64,000 bases of DNA. Source: the human T2T-CHM13v2.0 reference genome, Homo sapiens. Both the position numbers and the translations under genes were made by a program. Where the stretch lies: the NCBI RefSeq assembly GCF_009914755.1, contig NC_060934.1. One strand, written 5' to 3'. Below the pieces are notes generated by a model. That model ran no database searches. It had not been told where the DNA came from and saw nothing but the letters and a program-made list of their open reading frames with translations. Below, in pieces: positions 35,200 through 46,170 of the stretch. Position 1 is the first letter of the stretch, and each line of letters starts with the position of its first letter.

Positions 35200-35350
35200 T
35201 GCTCAGGCTCCCAGCAACTCTGTGAAGAAAGAGTTATTATCATCTCAGTTTACAGATGAAACAGAAGCTCAGAGAGGGCAAGCAGCTAGCACAAGGTCCC
35301 ACAGCTGGACTCAGGGCTGCTGGCTACAGGGCCTGGCTCTACATGCTGCA
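35200..35350 (-). mobile_element. MIR 5'/core part; its 3' part lies at ~34232-34287, split by the RPL12 retrocopy
   Basis: CTCTCTGAGCTTCTGTTTCATCTGTAAACTGAGATGATAATAAC resembles the MIR core; the distal piece ends ...AAATAATAAATG like the MIR 3' end. Confidence 0.65.
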
Positions 35351-35869
35351 CAGTCAGAGAGGGAGAGTCCCATGCGCAGTTGGAAGGGAGAAGGGAAGGG
35401 GAGGCTGGCGCTAGATAGTAACAAGCTGTGTGTTTTGGGCATTTCCCCTGTACCAGACACTGTGCTAAATGACCCTTCTGCTTTGTTTGCCTGGAAAAGT
35501 CCCCATCTTAGTGAATTCTGACTTTCCACCTACTGTCCCGGAGCAGCTGACTGTGGTGGAGAAAACTGCAGGACAGGGACCCTCAGCTGCTGCTATACAG
35601 CCAGTGATCCTGCCACGTCCCTGACTCCATGGGCTTTCAACACGAGGCCTCCCCAACGCAGTGTCCACACCAGCATTACTGTGGAACTTGGGAGACATGC
35701 AGATCCCACAGGAGAGGGAAGGGGGAGCTGCTCTCAATTCAGATCAAGTTTCCCCTGTGCCAGAAGAATCAGTCCTCCAGATGGGTGGGCAGCACCGGGC
35801 CTGAGGTGAATGTTACTGTGCTGTACGCTCACAAAGTTAGAGGGCAGAGCTCATATTAAAGGTTCATAC

Positions 35870-36424
35870 TGAGAGGTGAAGCCAGCTGGACTTCCTGGGT
35901 CAAATGGGGACTTGGAGAACTTTTCTGTGTAGCTAAAGGATTGTAAATGCACCAATCAGCACTCTGTAAAAATGTACCAATCAGCGCTCTGTGTCTAGCT
36001 AAAGGATTGTAAACATACCAATCAGCACGCTGTAAAGTGGACCAATCAGCACTCTGTAAAATGGACCAATCAGCAGGACGTGGGCGGGGACAAATAAGAG
36101 AATAAAAGCTGGCCACCCCCTGCCAGCAGCAGCAACCCACTTGGGTCCCCTTCCACACTGTGGAAGCTTTGTTCTTTTGTTCTTCATAATAAATCTTGCT
36201 GCTGCTCATTCTTTGGGTCCACACCAACTTTAAGAGCCATAACACTCACCGTGAGGGTCTGCGGCTTCATTCCTGAAGTCAGCAAGACCACAAACCCACT
36301 GGGAAGAACAAACAACTCTGGATGCACCATCTTTAAGACTGTAACACTCACTGCGAGGTCCACGGCTTCATTGTTGAAGTCAGTGAGACCAAGAACGCAC
36401 CAGAAGGAATAAAGTCCGGATACA
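35870..36424 (+). repeat. 5' LTR (LTR12 family, short LTR12F-like)
   Basis: TGAGAGGTGAAGCCAGCTGG...GGATACA; five CCAATCAGC repeats, GC box GGGCGGGG, TATA-like AATAAAA, U5 GTAACACTCAC repeats. Confidence 0.92.
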
Positions 36425-36427
36425 TTT

Positions 36428-36445
36428 TGGCGACCCAGATGGGAA
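36428..36445 (+). other. Primer binding site (tRNA-Arg)
   Basis: TGGCGACCCAGATGGGA just after the LTR; complementary to a tRNA-Arg 3' end ...TCCCATCTGGGTCGCCA; HERV9 uses tRNA-Arg. Confidence 0.85.
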
Positions 36446-38360
36446 ACACTCAGGCATCAACAGGCTCACCCTTGAAATGCATCTAAGCCATTGGGACCAG
36501 TTTGACCCACAAACCCTGAAAAAGAGGTGGCTCATTTTTTTCTGCACTACAGCCTGGCCCCAATATTCTCTCTCTGATGGGGAAAAATGGCCACCTGAGG
36601 GAAGTATAAATTACAATACTATCCTGCAGCTTGACCTTTTCTGTAAGGGAGAAGGCAAATGGAGTGAAATACCTTATGTCCAAGCTTTCTTTTAAGGAGA
36701 ATCCACAACTATGCAAAGCTTACAACTTACATCCCACAGGAGGACTTCTCAGCTTACCCCCAGATCCTAGCCTCCCTATAGCCCCTTCCTATTAATGATA
36801 AGCCTCCTCTAACCTCCCCTGCCCAGAAGGAAACAAGCAAAGAAATCTCCAAGGGACCACAACCTCCCCCCCACCCCTGCTATCGGTTATGTCCTTTTCA
36901 AGCTGTATGGGGAGGGGAATTTGGCCCAACCCGGGTACATGTCCCCTTCTCCTTCTCTGATTTAAAGCAGATCAAGGTAGACCTGGGTAAGTTTTCAGAT
37001 ATATCCTGATAGGTATATAGATGTCCCACAGGGTCCAGGGCAAACCTTCAATCTCACCTGGAGAGATGTCATGCTATTGCTAGATCACACCCTGGCCTTT
37101 AATGAAAAGAATGCGGCTTTAGCTGCAGCCCGAGAGTTTGGAGATACCTGGAATCTTAGTCAAGTAAATGACAGAATGACAGCCGAAGAAAGGGACAAAT
37201 TCCCTACTGGTCAGCAAGCCGTCCCCATTATGGATCTCCAGTGGGACCTCAACTCAGACCATGGGTACTGGAGTTGTAAACATCTGCTGATCTGTGTTCT
37301 AGAAGGACAAAGGAGAATTAGGAAAAAGCCTGTGAATTATTTGATGATGTCCACCATAACTCAGGGAAAGGAAGAAAATCCTTCTGCCTTCCTCGAGCGG
37401 CTACGGGAGGCCTTAAGAAAATATACTCCCCTGTCGCCCGACTCACTCGAGGGTCAATTGATCCTAAAAGGTAAGTTTATTATCCAATCAGCCACAGATA
37501 TCAGGAGAGAGCTCCAAAAGCGAGCCCTGGGCCCTGAACAAAATCTGGAGGCATTATTAAACCTGGCAACCTCTGTGTTCTATGATAAGGACCAAGAGGA
37601 ACAGGCTGAAAAGGAAACGTTAGATCAGAGAAAGGCTGCAGCCTTAGTCATGGCCCTCAGACAAACCAACCTTGGTGGTTCAGAGAGCACAGAAAATGGA
37701 GCAGGCCAATCACCTGGTAGGGCTTGTTACCAGTGTGGTTTGCAAGGACACCTTAAAAAAGACTGTCCAACAAGAAACAAGCTGCCCCCTCGCCCATGTC
37801 CACTATGCCGAGGCAATCACTGGAAGGTGCACTGCCCCAGAGGACAAAGGTTCTCTGGGCCAGAAGCCCCCAACCAGATGATCCAACAACAGGACCGAGG
37901 GTGCCCAGGGCAAGCGCCAGCTCATGTCATCACCCTCACTGAGCCCCAGGTATGTTTAACTATTGAGGGCCAGGAAATCGACTTCCTCCTGGACAGTGGC
38001 ATGGCTTTCTCAGTGTTAATCTCCTGTCCCAGACAGCTGTCCTTGAGGTCTGTTACCATCTGAGGCTCAGTGTTAATCTCCTGTCCCAGACAGCTGTCCT
38101 CAAGGTCTGTTACCATCCAAGGAATCCTGGGACAGCCTATAACCAGGTATTTCTCCCACCTCCTCAGTTGTAATTCGGATGCTTTGCTCTTTTCACATGA
38201 CTTTCTTGTTATGCCTGAAAGTTCCACACCCTTATTAGGGAGGGACATATTAGCCAAAGCTGGAGCTATTATCTACATGAATATGGGGAACGAGTTACTG
38301 ATTTGTTGTCCCCTGCTTGAGGAGGGAATCAACCCTGAAGTCTGGGCATTGGAAGGAACA
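36439..38360 (+). pseudogene. HERV9 gag-pro remnant
   Basis: [14 protein letters not shown] start, MA WPQY motif, MHR-like QGKEENPSAFLERLREAL, zinc knuckle CYQCGLQGHLKKDC, protease FLLDSGM and PLLGRDIL; several frameshifts; 330-aa ORF at 37071-38063. Confidence 0.9.
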
Positions 38361-39230
38361 AACTCAAGCTCCAGCCTTAAGCCTTCCCACAGGACAAAAC
38401 TTCTCTTTATACATCACAGAGAGAGCAGAAATAGCTCTTGGGGTCCTTACTCAGACTCATGGGACAACCCCACAACCAGTGGCATACCTAAGTAAGGAAA
38501 CTGATATAGTAGCAAAAGGCTGGCCTCACTGTTTATGGGTAGTTGCAGCGGTGGCCGTCTCAGTGTTAGAGGCTATCAAAATAATACAAGGAAAGGATCT
38601 CACTGTCTGGACTACTCATGATGTAAATGGCATAATAGGTGCCAAAGGAAGTTATGGCTATCAGACAACCGCCTACCTAGATACCAGGCACTACTCCTTG
38701 AGGGACCAGTGCTTCAAATACATACGTGTGCGGCCCTCAACCCTGCCACTTTTCTCCCAGAGGATGGGGAACCAATCGAGCATGACTGCCAACAAGTTAT
38801 AGTCCAGACTTATGCTGCCCGAGATGAATTCTTAGAAGTCCCCTTAGTTAATCCTGACCTTAATCTATATACTGATGAAAGTTCATTTGTGGTGGAGAAT
38901 TGGATACGAAGGGCAGGTTATGCCATTGTTAGTGATGTAACAGTACTTGAAAGTAAGTCTCTTCCCCAGGGACCAGTGCCCAGTTAGCAGAACTAGTGGC
39001 ACTTACCCGAGCCTTAGAACTGGGAAAGGAAAGGAGAATAAATGTGTATACAGATAGCAAGTATGCTTATCTAATCCTACATGCCCATGCTGCAATATGG
39101 AAAGAAAGGGGGTTCCTAACCTCTGGGGAACCACATTAAATATCACAAGGAAATCATGGAGTTATTGCACGCAGTGCAAAAACCCAAGGAGGTGGCAGTC
39201 TTACACCGCCGAAGCCATCAAAAAGGGGAA
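38361..39230 (+). pseudogene. HERV9 pol remnant (tether + RNase H); RT core and integrase deleted
   Basis: PEVWALEG jumps directly to APALSLP...ALGVLTQ...QPVAYLSKE; RNase H LYTDESSF / SAQLAELVAL / VYTDSKYAY; no YxDD or integrase motifs seen. Confidence 0.85.
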
Positions 39231-39545
39231 GGAGAGGGGAGAACAGCAGTGTAAGTGGCTGGCAGAGGCAGGGAAAGACCAGCAGAAAGGAAGGAGAGAA
39301 AGAGACAGACAGAGAGAAAGAGAGGAAGAGACAGAGACAAAGGAGTCAAAGAGGGAGACAGAGAGAGGAAGAGACAGAGAGGCTGAAAGTCAAAGAGAGA
39401 AGGAGAGAGAGGAAGAGACAGACAAAGAAGAGTCAGAGAGAGAGAAACAGAAAGTCAAAGAAAGAGAGGGAGAGACAAAGAGGGAGTCAGAAGGAGAGAG
39501 AAAGACAAAGAAGAAGTCAAAGAGAAAGAAAGAGAGATGGAAATA
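39230..39545 (+). repeat. GA-rich low-complexity tract inside the provirus
   Basis: Degenerate GAGAGAGGAAGAGACAGA / GAAAGTCAAAGAGA units. Confidence 0.85.
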
Positions 39546-40199
39546 GTAAAGAAAAAACAGTGTACCCTATTCCTTTAAAAGCCAGGGTAAATTTAAAACC
39601 TATAATTGATAATTGAAGGTCTTCTCTGTTACCCTATAACACTCCAATACCACCTTGTTATCAGTGTAAGCAAGGGCGTAGCCTGAAAGTACTGAGGCCA
39701 CTGACAACCCATAGCCTTCCTATCAAAAATCCTTAACCCAGCAGGTTTCCTAACAGGGGATCTAAATCTTAACTAATTACCATACAAAGGTCCAACCAGA
39801 CCTAGGAGGAACTCCTTCAGGACAGGACCATAGATGGTTCCTCCCCGGAGATTAAGGAAAAAAGACACAATGGGTATTCAGTAAGTGATAAGGAAACTCT
39901 TGAAGAAACAGAGTTAGGAAAATTGCCTAATAATTGGTCTGCTCAAACCTGCGAGCTATTGGCACTCAGCCAAACTTTAAAGTACTTACAGAATCAGGAA
40001 GAAGCCATCTATACCATTTCTAAGATAATATGGACTGAACGAGGTTTTATTAATAGCAAAGAAAAATTAAAATCCCAAACTTATAAGGTTTTCAACAAAA
40101 GTAAAGTTTGCTAAAATTTAACAGTGTAACATGTATTATCCTAACCTCTAATCTTATGGAAATCAGACCCTATCAGCGCCCCTCAAAGCTCAAGTCCAT

Positions 40200-40770
40200 C
40201 AGTGCAGAGCCATCCACTAATACCCCTACTTATAGGGTTAGGAATGGCCACTGCTACAGGAACCGGAATAGCCAGTTTATCTACTTCATTATCCTACTAC
40301 CACACACTCTCAAAGGATTTCTCAGACAGCTTGCAAGAAATAACAAAATCTATCCAGTAAGGATAGTAACTACGATCCCAAATAGACTCTTTGGCAGCAG
40401 CGACTCTCCAAAACTGCCGAGGCTTGGACCTCCTCACTGCTGAGAAAGGAGGACTTTGCACCTTCTTAGGGGAAGAGTGTTGCTTTTACACTAACCAGGC
40501 AGGGATAGTACGAGATGCCGCCTGGCGTTTACAGGAAAAGGCTTCTGAAATCAGACAACGCCTTTCAAACTCTTATACCAACCTCTGGAGTTGGGTGACA
40601 TGACTTCTCCCCTTTCTAGGTCCCGTGACATCCATCTTGCTATTACTCACCTTTGGGCCCTGTATTTTTAACCTCTTTGTCAAATTTGTTTCCTCTAGGA
40701 TCGAGGCCATCAAGCTACAGATGGTCTTACAAATGGAACCCCAAATGAGCTCAACTAACTTCTACTGAGG
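40200..40770 (+). pseudogene. HERV9 env TM remnant (SU deleted)
   Basis: Fusion peptide IPLLIGLGMATATGTGIA, immunosuppressive motif [19 protein letters not shown]6CC (CTFLGEECC); in-frame stop before the membrane anchor. Confidence 0.9.
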
Positions 40771-40935
40771 ACCCCTGGACCAAACTGCTGGCCCTTTGAC
40801 TGGCCTAAAGAGTTCCCCTCTAGAGGACACTACAACTGCAGGGACCCTTCTTTGCCCCTATCCAGCAGGAAGTAGCTAGAATGGTCATCACCCAATTCCC
40901 AGTAGCAGTTGGGGTGTTCCGTTTAGAGGGTGGGT

Positions 40936-41466
40936 TGAGAGGTGAAGCCAGCTGGATTTCCTGGATCAAGTGGGGACTTGGAGAACTTTTCTGTCTAGCT
41001 AAAGGACTGTAAATGCACCAATCAGCACTCTATAAAAATGCACCAATCAGCGCTCTGTGTCTAGCTAAATGATTGTAAACACACCAATCAGCACTCTGTA
41101 AAATGGACCAATCAGCAGGATGTGGGTGGGGACAAGTAAGGGAATAAAAGCTGGCCACCCCCAGCCAGCAGCGGCAACCCACTCGGGTCCCCTTCCACGC
41201 TGTGGAAGCTTTGTTCTTTTGCTCTTCATAACAAATCTTGCTGCTACTCACTCTTTGGGCCCACGCCACCCTTAAGAGCTGTAACATTCACTGCGAGGGT
41301 CTGCGGCTTCATTCCTTAAGTCAGCAAGACCACGAACCCACCAGGAGGAACAAACAACTCTGAATGTACCATCTTTAAGATCATAACACTCACCGCAAGG
41401 TCTGTGGCTTCATTCTTGAAGTCAGCAAGACCAAGAACCCACCAGAAGGAATAAATTCTGGACACA
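40936..41466 (+). repeat. 3' LTR (LTR12 family)
   Basis: Direct repeat of the 5' LTR with four CCAATCAGC units; preceded by purine tract AGAGGGTGGG. Confidence 0.92.
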
Positions 41467-41515
41467 ATACCACAAAAAGACAAAGAAAGCAAAGGTGCGG
41501 GAAGAAACTTTTGGA

Positions 41516-41719
41516 CAAGTTTGTCCAACCTGTGGCCCAGGTGGCTTTGAATGTGGCCCAACACAAATTTGTAAATTTTCTTAAAACATTGAGATGTTTT
41601 GCGATTTTTTTTTTTAAAGCTCATCAGCTATCTTTAGTGATAGTGTAGTTTATGTGTGGCCCAAGACAATCATTCTTCTTCCAATGTGGCCCAAGGGAGA
41701 CAAAAGATTAGATACCCTG
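41516..41719 (-). mobile_element. MER30 (hAT-Charlie non-autonomous DNA transposon)
   Basis: Resembles the MER30 consensus; perfect 8-bp TSD CTTTTGGA (41508-41515 / 41720-41727). Confidence 0.88.
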
Positions 41720-43592
41720 CTTTTGGAGGCGAGGGATGTGTTTATTGCCTTGGCCGTGGTGATAGTTTCCTGGGAGCACAAATATGTCTGAATTAATCAA
41801 ACTGTATATATCAAGGATGTGCAGCTTTGTGTACCAATTATACCTCAGTAAAACCATTACAAAAAGGAAAAGAACAAAGGAAATGCAAATTCCTAGAGTC
41901 CACCCTGGACCTACAGGCCCAGCTCTCTGGGGCTGCCCAGCCACCTGTGTCCAGCAAGGTGGGGGCCTGAGAAGCACTGCCCAGGCCTTTGCTCCCCTAA
42001 TGGACTATTTCACCCTTCCCTAACTCGTCAGACCTCCCATACCACATCCTCACTCTCAGCTGATCACCTGCTTTCCTATTTCACTGAGAAGTCGAAGCAC
42101 CTAGAAGACAGCTTGGTGTTTCCCAGCACCAAGGGCCCCAGCTCCTGCTCAGCACCCTTCTGCTCAGCTTTCCCTCTTGAGGCTGGGGAGGAACCGGCAG
42201 GGTGAACGCGAGTATTTCTCCTCATGCACAAGAAGCTACTCAATGCAGCAGCTATGGCCGCCCCTGGGAACTAGCTGGAAGCAGCTGGGGGTTGCTGGGG
42301 GGAGGGGTGGGTGGGTGGGAATCTGCATCTTTAATAGTTTCTAATTTCAACTTTTATTTTAAATACAGGGGGTACATGTGCAGGTTTGTTACCTGGGTAT
42401 ATCGCGTGATGCTGAGGTCTGCAGTAAGGATCGCATCACTTAGCATGGTATCCAGTAGGTAGTTTTTTTGACTGGCCCCCGCACCCCTGGACTCTCTCCC
42501 TCTGAGAATCTGCATTTTTCTTTTTTTCAGGATCCCTAGGTTTGAAGGAATCTGCATTTTAACAAGACTCTAGTTGCTTCGTACAGACATTAGACTCATT
42601 CCTCCTCCTCACTTTCTGTTGGACCATTCTCTCAGCAATCTGTAAACTGTAATCTGCTCCATTAAAAAAACCAAAACATCGATCCACATCCCTCTCCACT
42701 GCTTCATCTGCAAGCTCCAGGTTCTGCCTTCCCATTCTCTCTCAAACCTGCTCTGATCTTTGTCCAGCTCCTCACCGACCCCTTCACGGAGGCCCCCAGT
42801 GCACCTGCGCAGTGAGGTCAGCTTCGCAGGGGCCCCCAGTGCACCCGCACAGTGAGGTCAGCGTTGGCTCTTGGCCTCTCTTCCCTGCGACTCTGCCCGG
42901 GCACCAGCCAGTCCTCATTCCCTCCCTACTGCTTTTTTTTTTTTTTTTTGAAACAGGGTTTTGCTCTGTCACCCAGGCTGGAATACAAAAGTGCAATCAT
43001 AGCTCACTGCAGCCTTGACCTCCTGGGCTCAAGGAATTCTCCCACCTCAGCTTCCTTGGTAGCTGGGACTACAGGCACACCACGCCCAGCTAATTTTTTG
43101 TATTTTTTGTAGAGGCAGGGTCTCACCATGTTGTCCAGGCTGGTCTCAAGCCATCTGCCCGCCTTGGCCTCCCAAAGTGTTGGGATTACAGGCGTGAGCC
43201 ACGTGCCTGGCCATTGCTATTTTTAAAATGTTGTTTCAATTACCCCCAGGGTGTCACTCCCCTTCAGGATGCTTTGGGCCTTCCAGAGTAGGAAGAGTAA
43301 CAAGAGACCTGGTTCACCTGTGGTGAAGCCAGGAGAGGTGTCATGTTGGTTGAAATGCCTGCAGAACCCTCCTGTTGCTGTGCTCAGGCCAGAAGCTGCA
43401 CAGAGCATGGGCCGATAAATGCATCCACTCCCCGTGCTTTCCCAGGAGCGCCCAGGCCTGTCCTCAGTATCAAGTCAATCACATTTTCAGCATGGTAGGA
43501 GGAGGCAGGTTCTGCAAATGCTGCAGGGTGGGTTAATCACACAGGCCAATCAAGTCCCTGTCGTCACCACGATTGGCAGAGGCCAGCCCTCA

Positions 43593-43805
<213 letters not shown>

Positions 43806-43808
43806 TCA

Positions 43809-43961
<153 letters not shown>

Positions 43962-45026
43962 TCACTCTTTCCAACTGAAAGAGTGTAATTTAAAAAAGTG
44001 TAAAAACTGCCAAATGTAAGTCCACATTATTATCCATTCTTGTAGGAAACGTAATAAATGTGCTCCACAAATCCCCCACCCTCCTAGATACTGGCATTGA
44101 ATGAGGCGCCCACGTGGGCTCTGCCCTGAACTTTTCTTCCTTCTTGCCCTTCTTCTTTCCTTCATGCCTCTGAGAAGGAAACTCTCCTTCTGCATCTGGA
44201 GCTGAGCTCCCCAAGGGCTTCTAAGCCTACTTCCCACACCTTCCGAAGAGCCTTATCCCACAGAGCCCTCACTCCCTCACCGCTGGCTTCCTCCCTCTGT
44301 GGGCTCCTTTCCCAGTCTGTAAACATGCCACATGCTCATCCCCTCACTCACCCTCTCGGAGAAAACTACTGTCCTGTCAAACTGCTTTCTTCTTTCCTTT
44401 CCTTCACCACACAATGCAGCCAAGGGTGCAGAGAGTTGCTCAGGCCCCTGTGCAGCCCATATCTCCCACCCACTCGCATGGCCCAACCTCCAGTGATCAA
44501 ATCCAACAGCCGTTTCTGTCCCCAACCTGCCGCCCTTGCCTCCAGTTGAATTTGACAGAGATTACTCTGTCTACATCTTAAAAAAACGGAAACCAATGAA
44601 AGAGGCAACACACAAGACTCAATATGGACAGTAATACGATGGAGCATAAGACGGCCATGAAACACGACATTCACAAAGTTTTAAAGAGCATTAGGATTTG
44701 CTTGTAAAATAAAGTTAGAGGGCCAAGTGTGGTGGCTCACACCTGTAAACCTAGCACTTTGGGAGGCTGAGGCGGGCGCATCACTCGAGGTCAGGAGTTT
44801 GAGACCAGCCTGGCCAACATGGTGAAACCCTGTCTCTACTAAAAATACAAAAATTAGCCAGGCGTGGTGGAGGGCGCCCGTAATCCCAGCTACTCAGGAG
44901 GCTGAGGTATGAGAATTGCTTGAACCCAGGAGGTGCAGGCTGCAGTGAGCCGAGATTACGCCACTATACCCCGGCCTGGGTGACACAGCAAGACTGTCTC
45001 CAAAATAAATAAATAAACAAAGTTAA

Positions 45027-45285
<259 letters not shown>

Positions 45286-45449
45286 TAGCCAAGATGGTCT
45301 TAATTTCCTGACCTCGTGATCTGCCCCCCTTGGCCTCCCAAAGTGCTGGCATTACAGGCATGAGCCACCGCGCCCGGCCCTGCATTTTATTTTTTATTTC
45401 TTGAGAGGGAGTCTCACTCTGTCACCCAGGCTGGAGTGCAGTGGTGTGA

Positions 45450-45790
<341 letters not shown>

Positions 45791-46153
45791 TGATCCGCCC
45801 GCCTCGGCCTCCCAAAGTGCTGGGATAACAGGCATGAGCCACCGTCCCCAGCACGCCTGGACAATTTTTGTATGTTTAGCAGAGATGGGGTTTCACCATA
45901 TTAGCCAGGCTAGTCTCGAACTCCTGACCTCAAGTGATCTGCCCGCCTCGGCCTCCCAAAGTGCTGGGATTATAGGTAGGGGCCACCGTGCTCAGCCCTA
46001 TATGCATTTTTAAAGACTAAGGGAAAATAAGAGTGGTTCCATCTGGGTGGTGGAACTATAGATTATTTTTGTTTTCTCCTTTACTATCTTCTGTATTTTA
46101 CAATAGGCCTTACAAACAAAAGTCTGGGAGATTAAAAGGGACATTTTTCTGGT

Positions 46154-46170
46154 CTGCCACCTGCTGGTGG
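46154..46170 (-). promoter_or_regulatory. Candidate CTCF site
   Basis: Minus strand CCACCAGCAGGTGGCAG matches the CTCF core CCASYAGRKGGC. Confidence 0.55.

Larger units (their letters stand above)
35870..41466 (+). mobile_element. HERV9 (ERV9) provirus, internally deleted, two LTR12-family LTRs
   Basis: TG...CA LTRs at both ends, 4-bp TSD ATAC (35866-35869 / 41467-41470), tRNA-Arg PBS, gag-pro-pol-env remnants, purine tract before the 3' LTR. Confidence 0.95.

Noticed and set aside
35945-36075. Regularly spaced CCAATCAGC repeats resembling an array
   Set aside because: Normal LTR12 U3 enhancer repeats; no unique spacers or cas genes, so not CRISPR.
39097-39546. E/R/K-rich 149-aa ORF
   Set aside because: Translation of a GA-rich low-complexity tract.
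40391-40603. Syncytin-like env ORF
   Set aside because: Only a TM fragment: no SU or signal peptide, upstream stop/frameshift, and a stop before the membrane anchor.
42319-42562. Three copies of GAATCTGCAT(C/T)TTT
   Set aside because: Most simply the TSD of a short antisense L1 3' fragment in a MER5-like element plus a local duplication; nothing further supported.
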